A stretch of 63,447 nucleotides of DNA, counting the filler, from an uncultured bacterium (GTDB lineage Bacteria > Hinthialibacterota > Hinthialibacteria > Hinthialibacterales > Hinthialibacteraceae): NCBI GenBank assembly GCA_964449065.1. It is 3 parts of 3 records of this genome, joined end to end, with 100 filler letters (N's around TTAATTAATTAA, not from the genome) between each part and the next. Parts side by side here need not be neighbours in the genome. Positions count along the whole stretch, not along the records: positions 1 to 21,339 come from CAYVAZ010000046.1; 2 more parts are not named here. One strand, 5' to 3'. Shown here piece after piece: positions 1 to 7,481 of the stretch. Both the position numbers and the translations under genes were made by a program. A model generated the notes under the pieces. That model was not told the DNA's origin and ran no database searches. It was given only the letters and a program-made list of their open reading frames with translations. The number at the start of each line of letters is the position of its first letter. Within the stretch, counting starts at the first letter, position 1.

Positions 1-70
1 AAACCTTAGCCTTAACAAGGGGGGGGACAACGGATAGCCAGCCGCCATTTTTTGATTGACAGACTACTAG
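1..70. repeat. Partial copy (right part) of CTAG-bounded MITE-like element, same family as 5297-5406
   Basis: CCTTAACAAGGGGGG..ACAACGGATAGCCAGCCG.CATTTTTTGATTGACAGA.TACTAG is near-identical to 5347-5406. Confidence 0.85.
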
Positions 71-102
71 ACTGTGACAGCGGACCTGTTTGATTCAGGA
101 TT

Positions 103-435
103 TTAAAGGGTTAATTCTTTTTCCGCGCCTTTCGCATTCATGGGAACAAAGCGCATTTCGATACGCTTGTCCAATGCATTCGCGATTTTACGCAGCATCG
201 GCAGAGAATGGCCTTCATAATCCGCATCTTCCAAACGTGAAATAACGGATTGTGTCGTTCCCGCCAGTTCGGCAAGTTCTGTCTGACTCAAACCGGCTTC
301 CTGCCGGGCGTTATAAATCATTTGCCCTACTATTAAATCTGTATAGGCTTCTTCTACCCCTTCTTCAAACTCCGGGTAGTTACCATGTTTTTTTCGGATA
401 TAGTCCAGTGCGTCTGTGCCTTTACTGTCTGTCAT
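103..435 (-). CDS. XRE-family HTH protein, HigA-like antitoxin
   Basis: ARQEAGLSQTELAELAGTTQSVISRLE HTH_3 signature; GGAG RBS; directly follows a RelE/Gp49-like remnant. Confidence 0.85.
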   Translation of the reverse strand: MTDSKGTDALDYIRKKHGNYPEFEEGVEEAYTDLIVGQMIYNARQEAGLSQTELAELAGTTQSVISRLEDADYEGHSLPMLRKIANALDKRIEMRFVPMNAKGAEKELTL

Positions 436-438
436 GGC

Positions 439-573
439 CTATTCTCCTTCCGTGAAGGTATGTTTCACCGGATCAGCCTCGTATATCTTCTTGCGCTCAA
501 TTGCCCGGTCAATCTCTATATCTGGAACCTTTTCCTCTTTAATGATTCCACGTGTTATAACAGTGACGTTCTG
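439..573 (-). pseudogene. C-terminal remnant of HigB/Gp49-like (RelE superfamily) toxin
   Basis: My translation QNVTVITRGIIKEEKVPDIEIDRAIERKKIYEADPVKHTFTEGE* resembles the Gp49-type C-terminus (H-G-x-x-K..P..EI..A..R); no ATG before the upstream in-frame TAG near 630; stop 3 bp before antitoxin ATG. Confidence 0.65.
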
Positions 574-723
574 ACAATTTGTTGAGGCACTGTTTCCGAT
601 ACAAAAAGAATTAAAATCGAATTTGTTCTAACCGATTGATGAAATGCCATGTGCGAATTACCATTCTATTTCAAAACTCGAGACGATCATTTTATTGATA
701 TCATTTAGGCGGTTACAAACTGA

Positions 724-2541
724 ATGTACATATTAGGTATTTCTGCATTTTATCATGACAGCGCGGCGTGTTTATTGAAAGATGGAGACATTGTGGCGGC
801 GGCGCAGGAAGAACGCTTTTCCCGCAAAAAGCATGATTCCGAATTTCCAACCCATGCCATTCAAGCGTGTTTGGATCATGCCGGCATCACCGGGCAGGAT
901 GTGGATCATGTGGCGTTTTATGATAAACCGTTCGTGAAATTCGAACGAATTTTAGAGACCTACCTCACGGTCGCTCCGGCGGGATTGCGATCGTTTATCA
1001 TGGCGATGCCGCTTTGGATGCATGAAAAGTTGTGGCTGCCGAAAGTGATTTCGGAAGCATTGGATTATGAAGGAAAGATATTGTTTGGCGATCACCATGA
1101 GAGCCATGCCGCCAGTGCGTATTATCCCTCTCCATTTAACGAAGCCGCGTTTTTAACGATTGATGGCGTGGGAGAATGGTCTACCACAACCTTTGGCCAC
1201 GCGCAGGGGAATGAGATTCACTTTTTGGGAGAGACGCAGTTTCCGCATTCGCTGGGGCTTTTGTATTCCGCTTTTACTTATTATACGGGATTCAAGGTGA
1301 ATTCAGGTGAATATAAGGTGATGGGGCTGGCGCCGTATGGCAACCCTACCTACGTTCAAACCATTTATGACGAATTGATTGATGTAAAAGAAGACGGTTC
1401 GTTTCGGCTGAATATGAAGTATTTCAATTATCTTTCCGGCCTGACGATGACCAACAGACGCTTTGACCGGTTGTTTGGCGGTCCGCCGCGGAAAAGCGAA
1501 ACGCTCCTCACACAGCGGGAGATGGATTTGGCGCGTTCGGTGCAAGTCGTAACCGAAGAAATTATGTTGAAGATGGCGAATCATGCGCAAAAAACAACCG
1601 GCTCGAAAAACCTTTGCCTGGCCGGTGGTGTCGCGCTGAACTGTGTTGCCAATGGACGCATTTTGCGTGAAGGACCGTTTGAGAATATTTGGATTCAGCC
1701 TGCCGCCGGTGACGCCGGCGGCGCGTTGGGTGTCGCGTTGAGTATTTACCACCGTTATCTCAATCATCCATTGCCCGAAAAGCACGGCAAAGACCGGATG
1801 AATGCCGCTTTAATCGGACCGCTAACAACCGATGAGGAATGCCAAGCGTATTTGGATGAATTGGGGGTCTCATACAAAGTGGTTGAAGAGGATCAATTGG
1901 GGAGGGAAACCGCCAAGCTGCTGGCGGGCGATCACGTGGTTGGATGGTTCCAAAACCGGATGGAGTTCGGGCCGCGCGCTTTGGGAGGGCGGAGTATTTT
2001 GGGAGACCCCCGGTCATCGACCATGCAGTCGCGAATGAATTTGAAGATTAAATTTCGCGAATCTTTTCGTCCTTTCGCACCCGTTGTGTTGCGCGAGAAG
2101 GTGCATGAGTATTTTGAGATGGATTGCGATTCTCCCTATATGCTTTTGGTGGCGCCGGTAAAAGAGGAACGCCGTATTCCGATGACGGAAGATCAGGAGA
2201 AATTATTTGGGATTGAAAAGCTTAATGTGCCGCGTTCGGATATTCCGGCGGTGACGCATGTGGATTATTCGGCGCGGGTACAGACGGTCACGCGGGAAGA
2301 TCATGGGCGGTATTATGATGTCGTAAAGGCGTTTGAAGAGTTGACGGGTTGCGCCGTGTTGGTCAACACTTCGTTCAACGTTCGGGGAGAACCGATTGTG
2401 GGGTCTCCGGAAAACGCCTATACCTGTTTTATGCGTACCGATATGGATTATTTGGTGTTGGGGCGCTGTATCTTGGATAAAAAAGAACAACCTGAATTGA
2501 AAGACGATACAGACTGGCGCAAGGAGTTTGAACTTGACTAG
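724..2541 (+). CDS. O-carbamoyltransferase, NodU/CmcH/SxtI family
   Basis: ILGISAFYHDSAA, EERFSRKKH, HHESHAASA, DGVGE, EFGPRALG, RESFRPFAP, NTSFN motifs. Confidence 0.95.
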   Translation: MYILGISAFYHDSAACLLKDGDIVAAAQEERFSRKKHDSEFPTHAIQACLDHAGITGQDVDHVAFYDKPFVKFERILETYLTVAPAGLRSFIMAMPLWMHEKLWLPKVISEALDYEGKILFGDHHESHAASAYYPSPFNEAAFLTIDGVGEWSTTTFGHAQGNEIHFLGETQFPHSLGLLYSAFTYYTGFKVNSGEYKVMGLAPYGNPTYVQTIYDELIDVKEDGSFRLNMKYFNYLSGLTMTNRRFDRLFGGPPRKSETLLTQREMDLARSVQVVTEEIMLKMANHAQKTTGSKNLCLAGGVALNCVANGRILREGPFENIWIQPAAGDAGGALGVALSIYHRYLNHPLPEKHGKDRMNAALIGPLTTDEECQAYLDELGVSYKVVEEDQLGRETAKLLAGDHVVGWFQNRMEFGPRALGGRSILGDPRSSTMQSRMNLKIKFRESFRPFAPVVLREKVHEYFEMDCDSPYMLLVAPVKEERRIPMTEDQEKLFGIEKLNVPRSDIPAVTHVDYSARVQTVTREDHGRYYDVVKAFEELTGCAVLVNTSFNVRGEPIVGSPENAYTCFMRTDMDYLVLGRCILDKKEQPELKDDTDWRKEFELD

Positions 2542-2971
2542 GATTGTTTACAAAGTTCCAGACAATACCGAATTGCGGAAATTCGGGATTGTTATGTTTA
2601 CCGCGTTGTTGGTATTGAGCGGTATTGTTACGCTGATCGGTTGGTGGTGGCACGGTACAATCGGGTGGAACAAGATCTATGTGCTGAACGGCATTGGGAT
2701 CGTGGTATTTTTGCTGCCGGGATTGATTTATCCTTCGGTGTTAAAACCGGTGCATAAATATTGGATGAAATTCGGTATGGCGCTGGGCTGGGTGAATGCC
2801 CGCATTATTTTGAGCCTGATTTGGTATTTGATCTTTACCCCGGTTTCGATATTTATGTGGATAATAGGCCGGGATATTTTGCACCGCAAACTGGATAAAG
2901 ACGCGAAGACCTACTGGATTGACCGCAGCAAAGAGGAAGTGAAGCCCAAGCATTTTGAACGGCAGTTTTAA
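2528..2971 (+). CDS. SxtJ-family membrane protein
   Basis: LRKFG N-terminus, WMKFGMALGWVNARIILSLIWYLIFTP, TYW, C-terminal FERQF; overlaps carbamoyltransferase stop. Confidence 0.85.
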   Translation: MNLTRIVYKVPDNTELRKFGIVMFTALLVLSGIVTLIGWWWHGTIGWNKIYVLNGIGIVVFLLPGLIYPSVLKPVHKYWMKFGMALGWVNARIILSLIWYLIFTPVSIFMWIIGRDILHRKLDKDAKTYWIDRSKEEVKPKHFERQF

Positions 2972-3030
2972 CTGTCATTATTTGGGATTGTGTTTATTAC
3001 ATGCTATCAACAGTTGTACCTTATTTCCTA

Positions 3031-3058
3031 TTGATATGATGTGTCAATCTATTATCGT
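3031..3058 (+). promoter_or_regulatory. Putative sigma70 promoter of ncRNA copy A
   Basis: TTGATA-16 nt-TATCGT; aligns without gaps (offset 490) to the promoter at 3521-3548. Confidence 0.5.
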
Positions 3059-3070
3059 TAATAACAGTAT

Positions 3071-3130
3071 ACCTGCCGAGCTTCTTTTTGGTTTCAAGCC
3101 AAAAACGCTTAAATGCGGCAGGGTTTTTTG
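3071..3130 (+). ncRNA. abiF-motif-like structured RNA, copy A (putative orphan RNA antitoxin)
   Basis: Outer stem CCTGCCG/CGGCAGG plus T-tract; GAGC/GCTT stem; inner TTTTTGGT/GCCAAAAA hairpin; 43/60 ungapped identity to 3561-3620 with compensatory changes. Confidence 0.75.
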
Positions 3131-3131
3131 T

Positions 3132-3331
3132 AACCGATGGGCTTTCCGAAAAATTGGCGGCAATGCCCAATTTGGATGGAATAATTCCAAAAGAAATATG
3201 GAATGTCCGCTTTCGGTATGACTGGTGGGCTACCGGACACAAGCCTTTCGGTTGGATTCAGGCTTGCACCCGCTTTGACATGAAGCGTAATCAAGGTTGT
3301 AAGAGTGTTGAGCCCACCCTACCAATATAAC
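3132..3331 (+). repeat. Direct repeat copy 1 (last 53 nt of abi gene plus downstream element)
   Basis: 3132-3315 identical to 4478-4661 (184 bp); after a 4-bp indel 3320-3331 equals 4662-4673. Confidence 0.95.
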
Positions 3332-3357
3332 GGACATTTTTTATTTCAAATGGAATA
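3183..3357 (+). mobile_element. MITE-like element family A (~175 bp), complete copy
   Basis: 27-bp imperfect terminal inverted repeats (3183-3209 vs 3331-3357, 20/27); internal GGTGGGCT/AGCCCACC stem ending CCCTAC; other copies at 4529-4673 and 57485-57660. Confidence 0.7.
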
Positions 3358-3489
3358 AGAAAGCCAGAATTATTCATTGATAGTATGGGATTCTTGCCTC
3401 TCTCTATAAATCTGAACCACACCCCCCGCCCTTTGAACCTCTTCGGTAGAGAGGTAACCCGCTTTCTACAGAAATGGGATTTTCAGAGA

Positions 3490-3517
3490 GATGCTACCGT
3501 TCAGATACTACCGTTCA
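3490..3517 (+). repeat. 14-bp tandem repeat x2 immediately upstream of the -35 box
   Basis: GATGCTACCGTTCA GATACTACCGTTCA. Confidence 0.7.
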
Positions 3518-3520
3518 GTA

Positions 3521-3548
3521 TTGACACGTTTTGCCGATACATTATGAT
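3521..3548 (+). promoter_or_regulatory. Sigma70-type promoter for ncRNA B and abiF
   Basis: TTGACA-16 nt-TATGAT, 12 nt upstream of the structured RNA stem. Confidence 0.7.
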
Positions 3549-3560
3549 TGTAAACAGCAC

Positions 3561-3620
3561 ACCCACCGAGCCTCTGTTTGGTTAACCGCCAATTACGCTT
3601 AATTCCGGTGGGTTTTTCTT
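3561..3620 (+). ncRNA. abiF-motif-like structured RNA, copy B (putative RNA antitoxin/leader with terminator)
   Basis: ACCCACCG/CGGTGGGT stem plus T-tract, GAGCCTCT and ACGCTT core, directly 5' of an Abi_2 gene. Confidence 0.8.
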
Positions 3621-3635
3621 TTCCAAGGGGACAGC

Positions 3636-4530
3636 ATGAGATACACAAAACACCCCCCTTACTTTTACCGAACAAACAGACTCGCTCATCAAACGCGGCT
3701 TCCTTGCGGACCGTGATGAACTCATCAACACATCAGAGCATATGAACTATTACCGTTTGAGCGAATATCTGTATCCGTTTCGCAATGCGGATAATGAAAC
3801 GTTTAAACCCGGAACAACATTTGAAATGATTTGGAGACGGTACACGTTTGACCGCCGGCTGCGTTTGCTGCTCTTGGATGCTATTGAACGAATTGAAATT
3901 TCCGTGCGAACCTTGTTAACCTATCATTTCAGCCATCAATACGGTGCGTTTGGACATACACGTCAAGCCAACCTGCCCAAGCTTGAACCGATGGAATATG
4001 CAAAGTGGTTAACCCAATTGCAAACGGAAACCGGACGCAGCCAAGAAATCTTCGTGAATCATTTCCAACAGAAATATGATGAGCATGAGCATTTACCTCT
4101 TTGGATGTTGTGTGAAGTGATGTCGTTCGGGTCTACGCTTACCTTCTTTAAAGGAACATCCCCTGAGATAAAACGCAAAATCGCCGAGCGCTACAAGATA
4201 CCGGATGAAGTGCTGCGGTCTTGGCTGCGGGCATTGAACGCGGTTCGAAACCTTTGTGCCCATCATGGACGTTTAATCGGCAGAGAGCTTGGATACAAAC
4301 CGCATATCCCCAACCGCCGGAAATACCCTGATTGGCATGAACCGGTATCGTTTACCAATAACCGGGTATTTGTCATCTTGACGATATGCCGGTATTTGAT
4401 GCGCCTCATTGCCCCGCAAAGCCGTTGGGCAGCGCTGTTGTTTGCCCTGCTGGACGAATACAAAGGGATACCGCGCGAACCGATGGGCTTTCCGAAAAAT
4501 TGGCGGCAATGCCCAATTTGGATGGAATAA
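3636..4530 (+). pseudogene. abiF: AbiF/AbiD (Abi_2, PF07751) HEPN ribonuclease toxin, +1 frameshift near start; intact frame 3742-4530
   Basis: NYYRLSEY, YTFDRRLR..IERIEI, LPLW..EVMSFG, HEPN R-x4-H in RNLCAHH (4246-4266); ATG 3636 with AAGGGG RBS gives MRYTKHP then continues PLTFTEQ..LIKRG only after removing one C from the C6 run 3653-3658. Confidence 0.85.
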
Positions 4531-4673
4531 TTCCAAAAGAAATATGGAATGTCCGCTTTCGGTATGACTGGTGGGCTACCGGACACAAGCCTTTCGGTTG
4601 GATTCAGGCTTGCACCCGCTTTGACATGAAGCGTAATCAAGGTTGTAAGAGTGTTGAGCCCTACCAATATAAC
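4478..4673 (+). repeat. Direct repeat copy 2; includes family A MITE copy lacking the right terminal repeat
   Basis: Matches 3132-3331; sequence after 4673 does not match the right inverted repeat of copy 1. Confidence 0.95.
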
Positions 4674-4701
4674 TGGTTAAATAAGCAAATGGTTAATTAT
4701 A

Positions 4702-5227
4702 ATGGAATATTTTGATTTCTATAAACAATTATATTTCCATGAAATAGATCGCAAATTCAAACTTGATCAAGCTTTGACTCAGCCAATTGATTTGAATACA
4801 ATTATCGGAGGAGCAATTTATATTTTTTGCCAAAGGTACATTTAGATTTTTATAGATCTCTGTCATGTTTCTATGATATCGTTGTATTGCTAGCCACAAT
4901 GTCTTGGTTGTTAACTATTTAATCCGATCACGCATTGTAGATTCATATGCATATTTGCCGGTCTATGAAATCAATGAGTATAAAAATAAGTTGTCTAGAT
5001 GGAATGAAGAGCAAAATTCGAATATAAAATTATCAAAGGTTGAAATTGATAATACGTTTGAAGAGTTCATGAATAAAATTTTTGTGGAATGTACAAATAA
5101 GAAATTTAAAAATAACAATAAGAAATCGGGTTATTTGCATCTGGCAACAAATTCTATTGTACATAACATGATATTTCTATTCTTTTTAGTGATATTTCAA
5201 TTTATAATAAATTTAAGAACACAATAA
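4702..5227 (+). pseudogene. AT-rich multi-pass membrane hypothetical, disrupted
   Basis: MEYFDFYKQLYFHEIDRKFKLDQALTQPI..IYIFCQRYI* (stop 4843-4845) then continues in another frame as ORF 4904-5227 ending in a hydrophobic helix. Confidence 0.55.
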
Positions 5228-5296
5228 TTGGAGTGCATGATGAGCGATAAAAATCAAGAACATTCGGATCAATCAACCACAACACAGAGTTCAAAA

Positions 5297-5406
5297 CTAG
5301 TACAGTGTCAACGTTTTATTGACGGGTGTCGATCCCCCCTAGCCCCCCTTAACAAGGGGGGGACAACGGATAGCCAGCCGTCATTTTTTGATTGACAGAG
5401 TACTAG
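5297..5406. mobile_element. CTAG-bounded MITE-like element (110 bp) with internal poly-C/poly-G REP hairpin
   Basis: 29-bp imperfect inverted ends CTAGTACAGTGTCAA..TGACGG / CCGTCA..TTGACAGAGTACTAG (20/29); core CCCCCCTT-AAC-AAGGGGGG. Confidence 0.75.
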
Positions 5407-5445
5407 AGCCTCCAAAACCGGTGTATATAAAGGAAGATAATACTC

Positions 5446-5742
5446 TTGGTAAAGAGAGTGGAAGTAAAGGCCGCTAAAGAAAAGAGAGTTAGGTTTGACC
5501 AGAACATGACGATTAAGTTTGACGAGTATTTACACAAAGTGTGCAAAGTGGAGTTTCGGTTTGGTGAAGGAACCGAAAAGACGATGTCGTATACCGGCAT
5601 GGTGGAGGCGGTGATCCGTGAGGGGGAGCAGGTTCCGCATTTGGTGCTGAACGCGCATTATGCCGGGCGGACCCAGATTGAGTTGGATGCGGTTGAATCG
5701 GTGGAAGAAGTGGGCGAAGACTACTTTGAAAAGCCGTCATGA
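5446..5742 (+). CDS. Hypothetical protein
   Basis: 98-aa ORF with AGGAAG upstream and protein-like composition; no family recognised. Confidence 0.55.
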   Translation: MVKRVEVKAAKEKRVRFDQNMTIKFDEYLHKVCKVEFRFGEGTEKTMSYTGMVEAVIREGEQVPHLVLNAHYAGRTQIELDAVESVEEVGEDYFEKPS

Positions 5743-6381
5743 TGACAATATGCTTTGCAACTTGGTTTTGATGCTGAGATTGTCCGCCAAAAGTTTGTTG
5801 AATTCTTCTTTTGTATCCACATCATACCACCCGGGCAAAATATCCATCGAAATGTGATGCTCTTTGGCATTCATCAGCGTTTGGTATAGCACCAAATTGG
5901 TTGACCATTCGATGTCTTGAAATAGTGACGTGCAGTTGCTTTTCATCCCGATGAGATAATATCCTCCGTCATTGCAAGGGCCGACCACGGTATCGTGATC
6001 TTCCAGTGACGCAATGGCTTCTTCAATATATTCTGATGGCAAATCGGGGCTGTCTGTACCCAACGCGATCACTTTGGCGTACTGTTGAAGTTGGGTTTGG
6101 AACCCGGTGGTAAGCCGTTGGCCCAAATCACCTTCGGGCTGGATGTCGTAAATAAATTGATGCCCCAGCCATTTCATGATTCTTTCTTTTTCTTCTTTGG
6201 GTGTACAATATACGATGCAATCGGTATGGGAAATTTTTTGATAACGCTGCATACATGTTTCGGCGAATAAGCGGTAGACGGCGGCTGCTTTTTGATCGCC
6301 GATAGAAACTGCCAGCCGGGTTTTCACTTGGCCGGGTTCGGGATATTTTACGAAGACAAGCAAAGCGGTTTTGGGATTCAT
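5737..6381 (-). CDS. TIGR04282/DUF2064 family glycosyltransferase-like protein
   Basis: FVKYPEPGQVKTRL, QPEGDLGQRL, LGTDSPDL, GPCNDGGYYLIG, YDVDT; start taken at MNPKT (6381). Confidence 0.9.
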   Translation of the reverse strand: MNPKTALLVFVKYPEPGQVKTRLAVSIGDQKAAAVYRLFAETCMQRYQKISHTDCIVYCTPKEEKERIMKWLGHQFIYDIQPEGDLGQRLTTGFQTQLQQYAKVIALGTDSPDLPSEYIEEAIASLEDHDTVVGPCNDGGYYLIGMKSNCTSLFQDIEWSTNLVLYQTLMNAKEHHISMDILPGWYDVDTKEEFNKLLADNLSIKTKLQSILSS

Positions 6382-6384
6382 TCT

Positions 6385-7326
6385 ATGACTCACAACTTTA
6401 AACCCATTTTTGTATGGATGACGATTATCATAAGCGGCTGTTGTTTCGGTTTTGTTCCGGCAGCCTTTGCTCAGCCGCGTGTGTTTCCGGAACAACCCAT
6501 CTTACTCGAACCTGCTAACGGTTCAACTATTTCATTGCCAAGTACCGGATCGACGGTGGCATTTCGATGGTCTTCCGTCATCGGGGCAACGCGATACGAA
6601 CTAAATTTTCGTATAGGCAACATCCCGCGCCCTCCTATTCAGACAACGGAAACATCGCTTGCAGTGCCATTGAATGTTGGCGCAACCAATCAAAATACGG
6701 TCGTGTTTTGGAGCGTGCGGGCCGGCGATGAAAGTGGATTCAGCACGCAGCCGGTGCAAACCGCATCGTTTATTGTTGCCGCCGCGACTGGAAGCATACC
6801 GACACCCAGCCCTACCCCCACTTCAACCATAAGGGTACTCAAATCACCCAAACTGTTGCAACCGGAAAACCGGGCGAATATTGAAGTGGCCACCGCGGTT
6901 ACGGGAATTGACTTTGATTGGAACGATCAACTCGGCGCGGATCAATTTATCTTAACGATCTACCGTGATAATGAAATCGAAAAGCAAATCCAGACTGGAT
7001 TGTCGAATGCCCCGCGTGTGAGTGTGCAGGAGTTGCGGGTGGCAGAGACCTTTCAGTGGGATGTAACCGCGATTCAAAACCGAACCGGCAGCCGAAAGAA
7101 GAGTGAACGCTTTTCGTTCACGATCGGCAATGGGTTTCTGCCGACTCCGACTCCAGTGCCGCAAAGGGTGGATTTCAACCAGGATCAGCGGGTTAGTGCT
7201 TTGGATGTCTATCTATTTTCCACATGGTTTTTGACCAATGCGCCGAACGGTGATTTGGATAATTCCGGGATACAAGACCGCAACGATCTATTGTTGTTTT
7301 TGGAATTGTTTGCCACGCGACAATAA
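6385..7326 (+). CDS. Secreted protein with two Ig/Fn3-like domains, Pro/Thr linkers and C-terminal dockerin-like EF-hand pair
   Basis: Signal peptide ending AFA; repeated P-x-LLxP-x-N..F-x-W; DFNQDQRVSALD and DLDNSGIQDRND Ca-binding loops. Confidence 0.75.
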   Translation: MTHNFKPIFVWMTIIISGCCFGFVPAAFAQPRVFPEQPILLEPANGSTISLPSTGSTVAFRWSSVIGATRYELNFRIGNIPRPPIQTTETSLAVPLNVGATNQNTVVFWSVRAGDESGFSTQPVQTASFIVAAATGSIPTPSPTPTSTIRVLKSPKLLQPENRANIEVATAVTGIDFDWNDQLGADQFILTIYRDNEIEKQIQTGLSNAPRVSVQELRVAETFQWDVTAIQNRTGSRKKSERFSFTIGNGFLPTPTPVPQRVDFNQDQRVSALDVYLFSTWFLTNAPNGDLDNSGIQDRNDLLLFLELFATRQ

Positions 7327-7336
7327 CGATTCCATG

Positions 7337-7430
7337 AGAGCAATTCAGGTTTGCGTAGAGGTACAATGTATACATGCACATACCGGCTAGAAGCCGGTGC
7401 TACCCGGCTATTCAACTCTGAAACGCTTTA
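7337..7430. repeat. MITE-like shell family B with ACCGGCTAGAAGCCGGTGCTAC REP cargo
   Basis: Left 23 nt match 22778-22800 (21/23); right 23 nt match 22868-22890 (19/23); lies between convergent genes. Confidence 0.75.
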
Positions 7431-7481
7431 AGCGGTCGCTTTGCCTTGATTTCGATTTTCTGTACAAGAATATTGGAAACT

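Noticed and set aside
724..2971. Saxitoxin biosynthesis cluster
   Set aside because: No sxtA, sxtG or other core genes; SxtI/J-like pairs are widespread outside toxin clusters.
3183..3357. Group II intron fragment or integron attC site (ends GAGCCCACCCTAC)
   Set aside because: No domain V consensus, no reverse transcriptase or integrase, no clear RYYYAAC/GTTRRRY cores; terminal inverted repeats fit a MITE/REP better.
2955..3585. Short ORFs 2955-3221, 3088-3330, 3385-3585 and similar, plus 4386-4715
   Set aside because: They are translations of the ncRNA, promoter and repeat sequence, with no RBS or family signal.
3071..4673. CRISPR array or Cas13 locus
   Set aside because: Only two RNA copies, 490 bp apart, each with its own promoter; no regular repeat-spacer units; the protein has a single HEPN motif and is about 300 aa.
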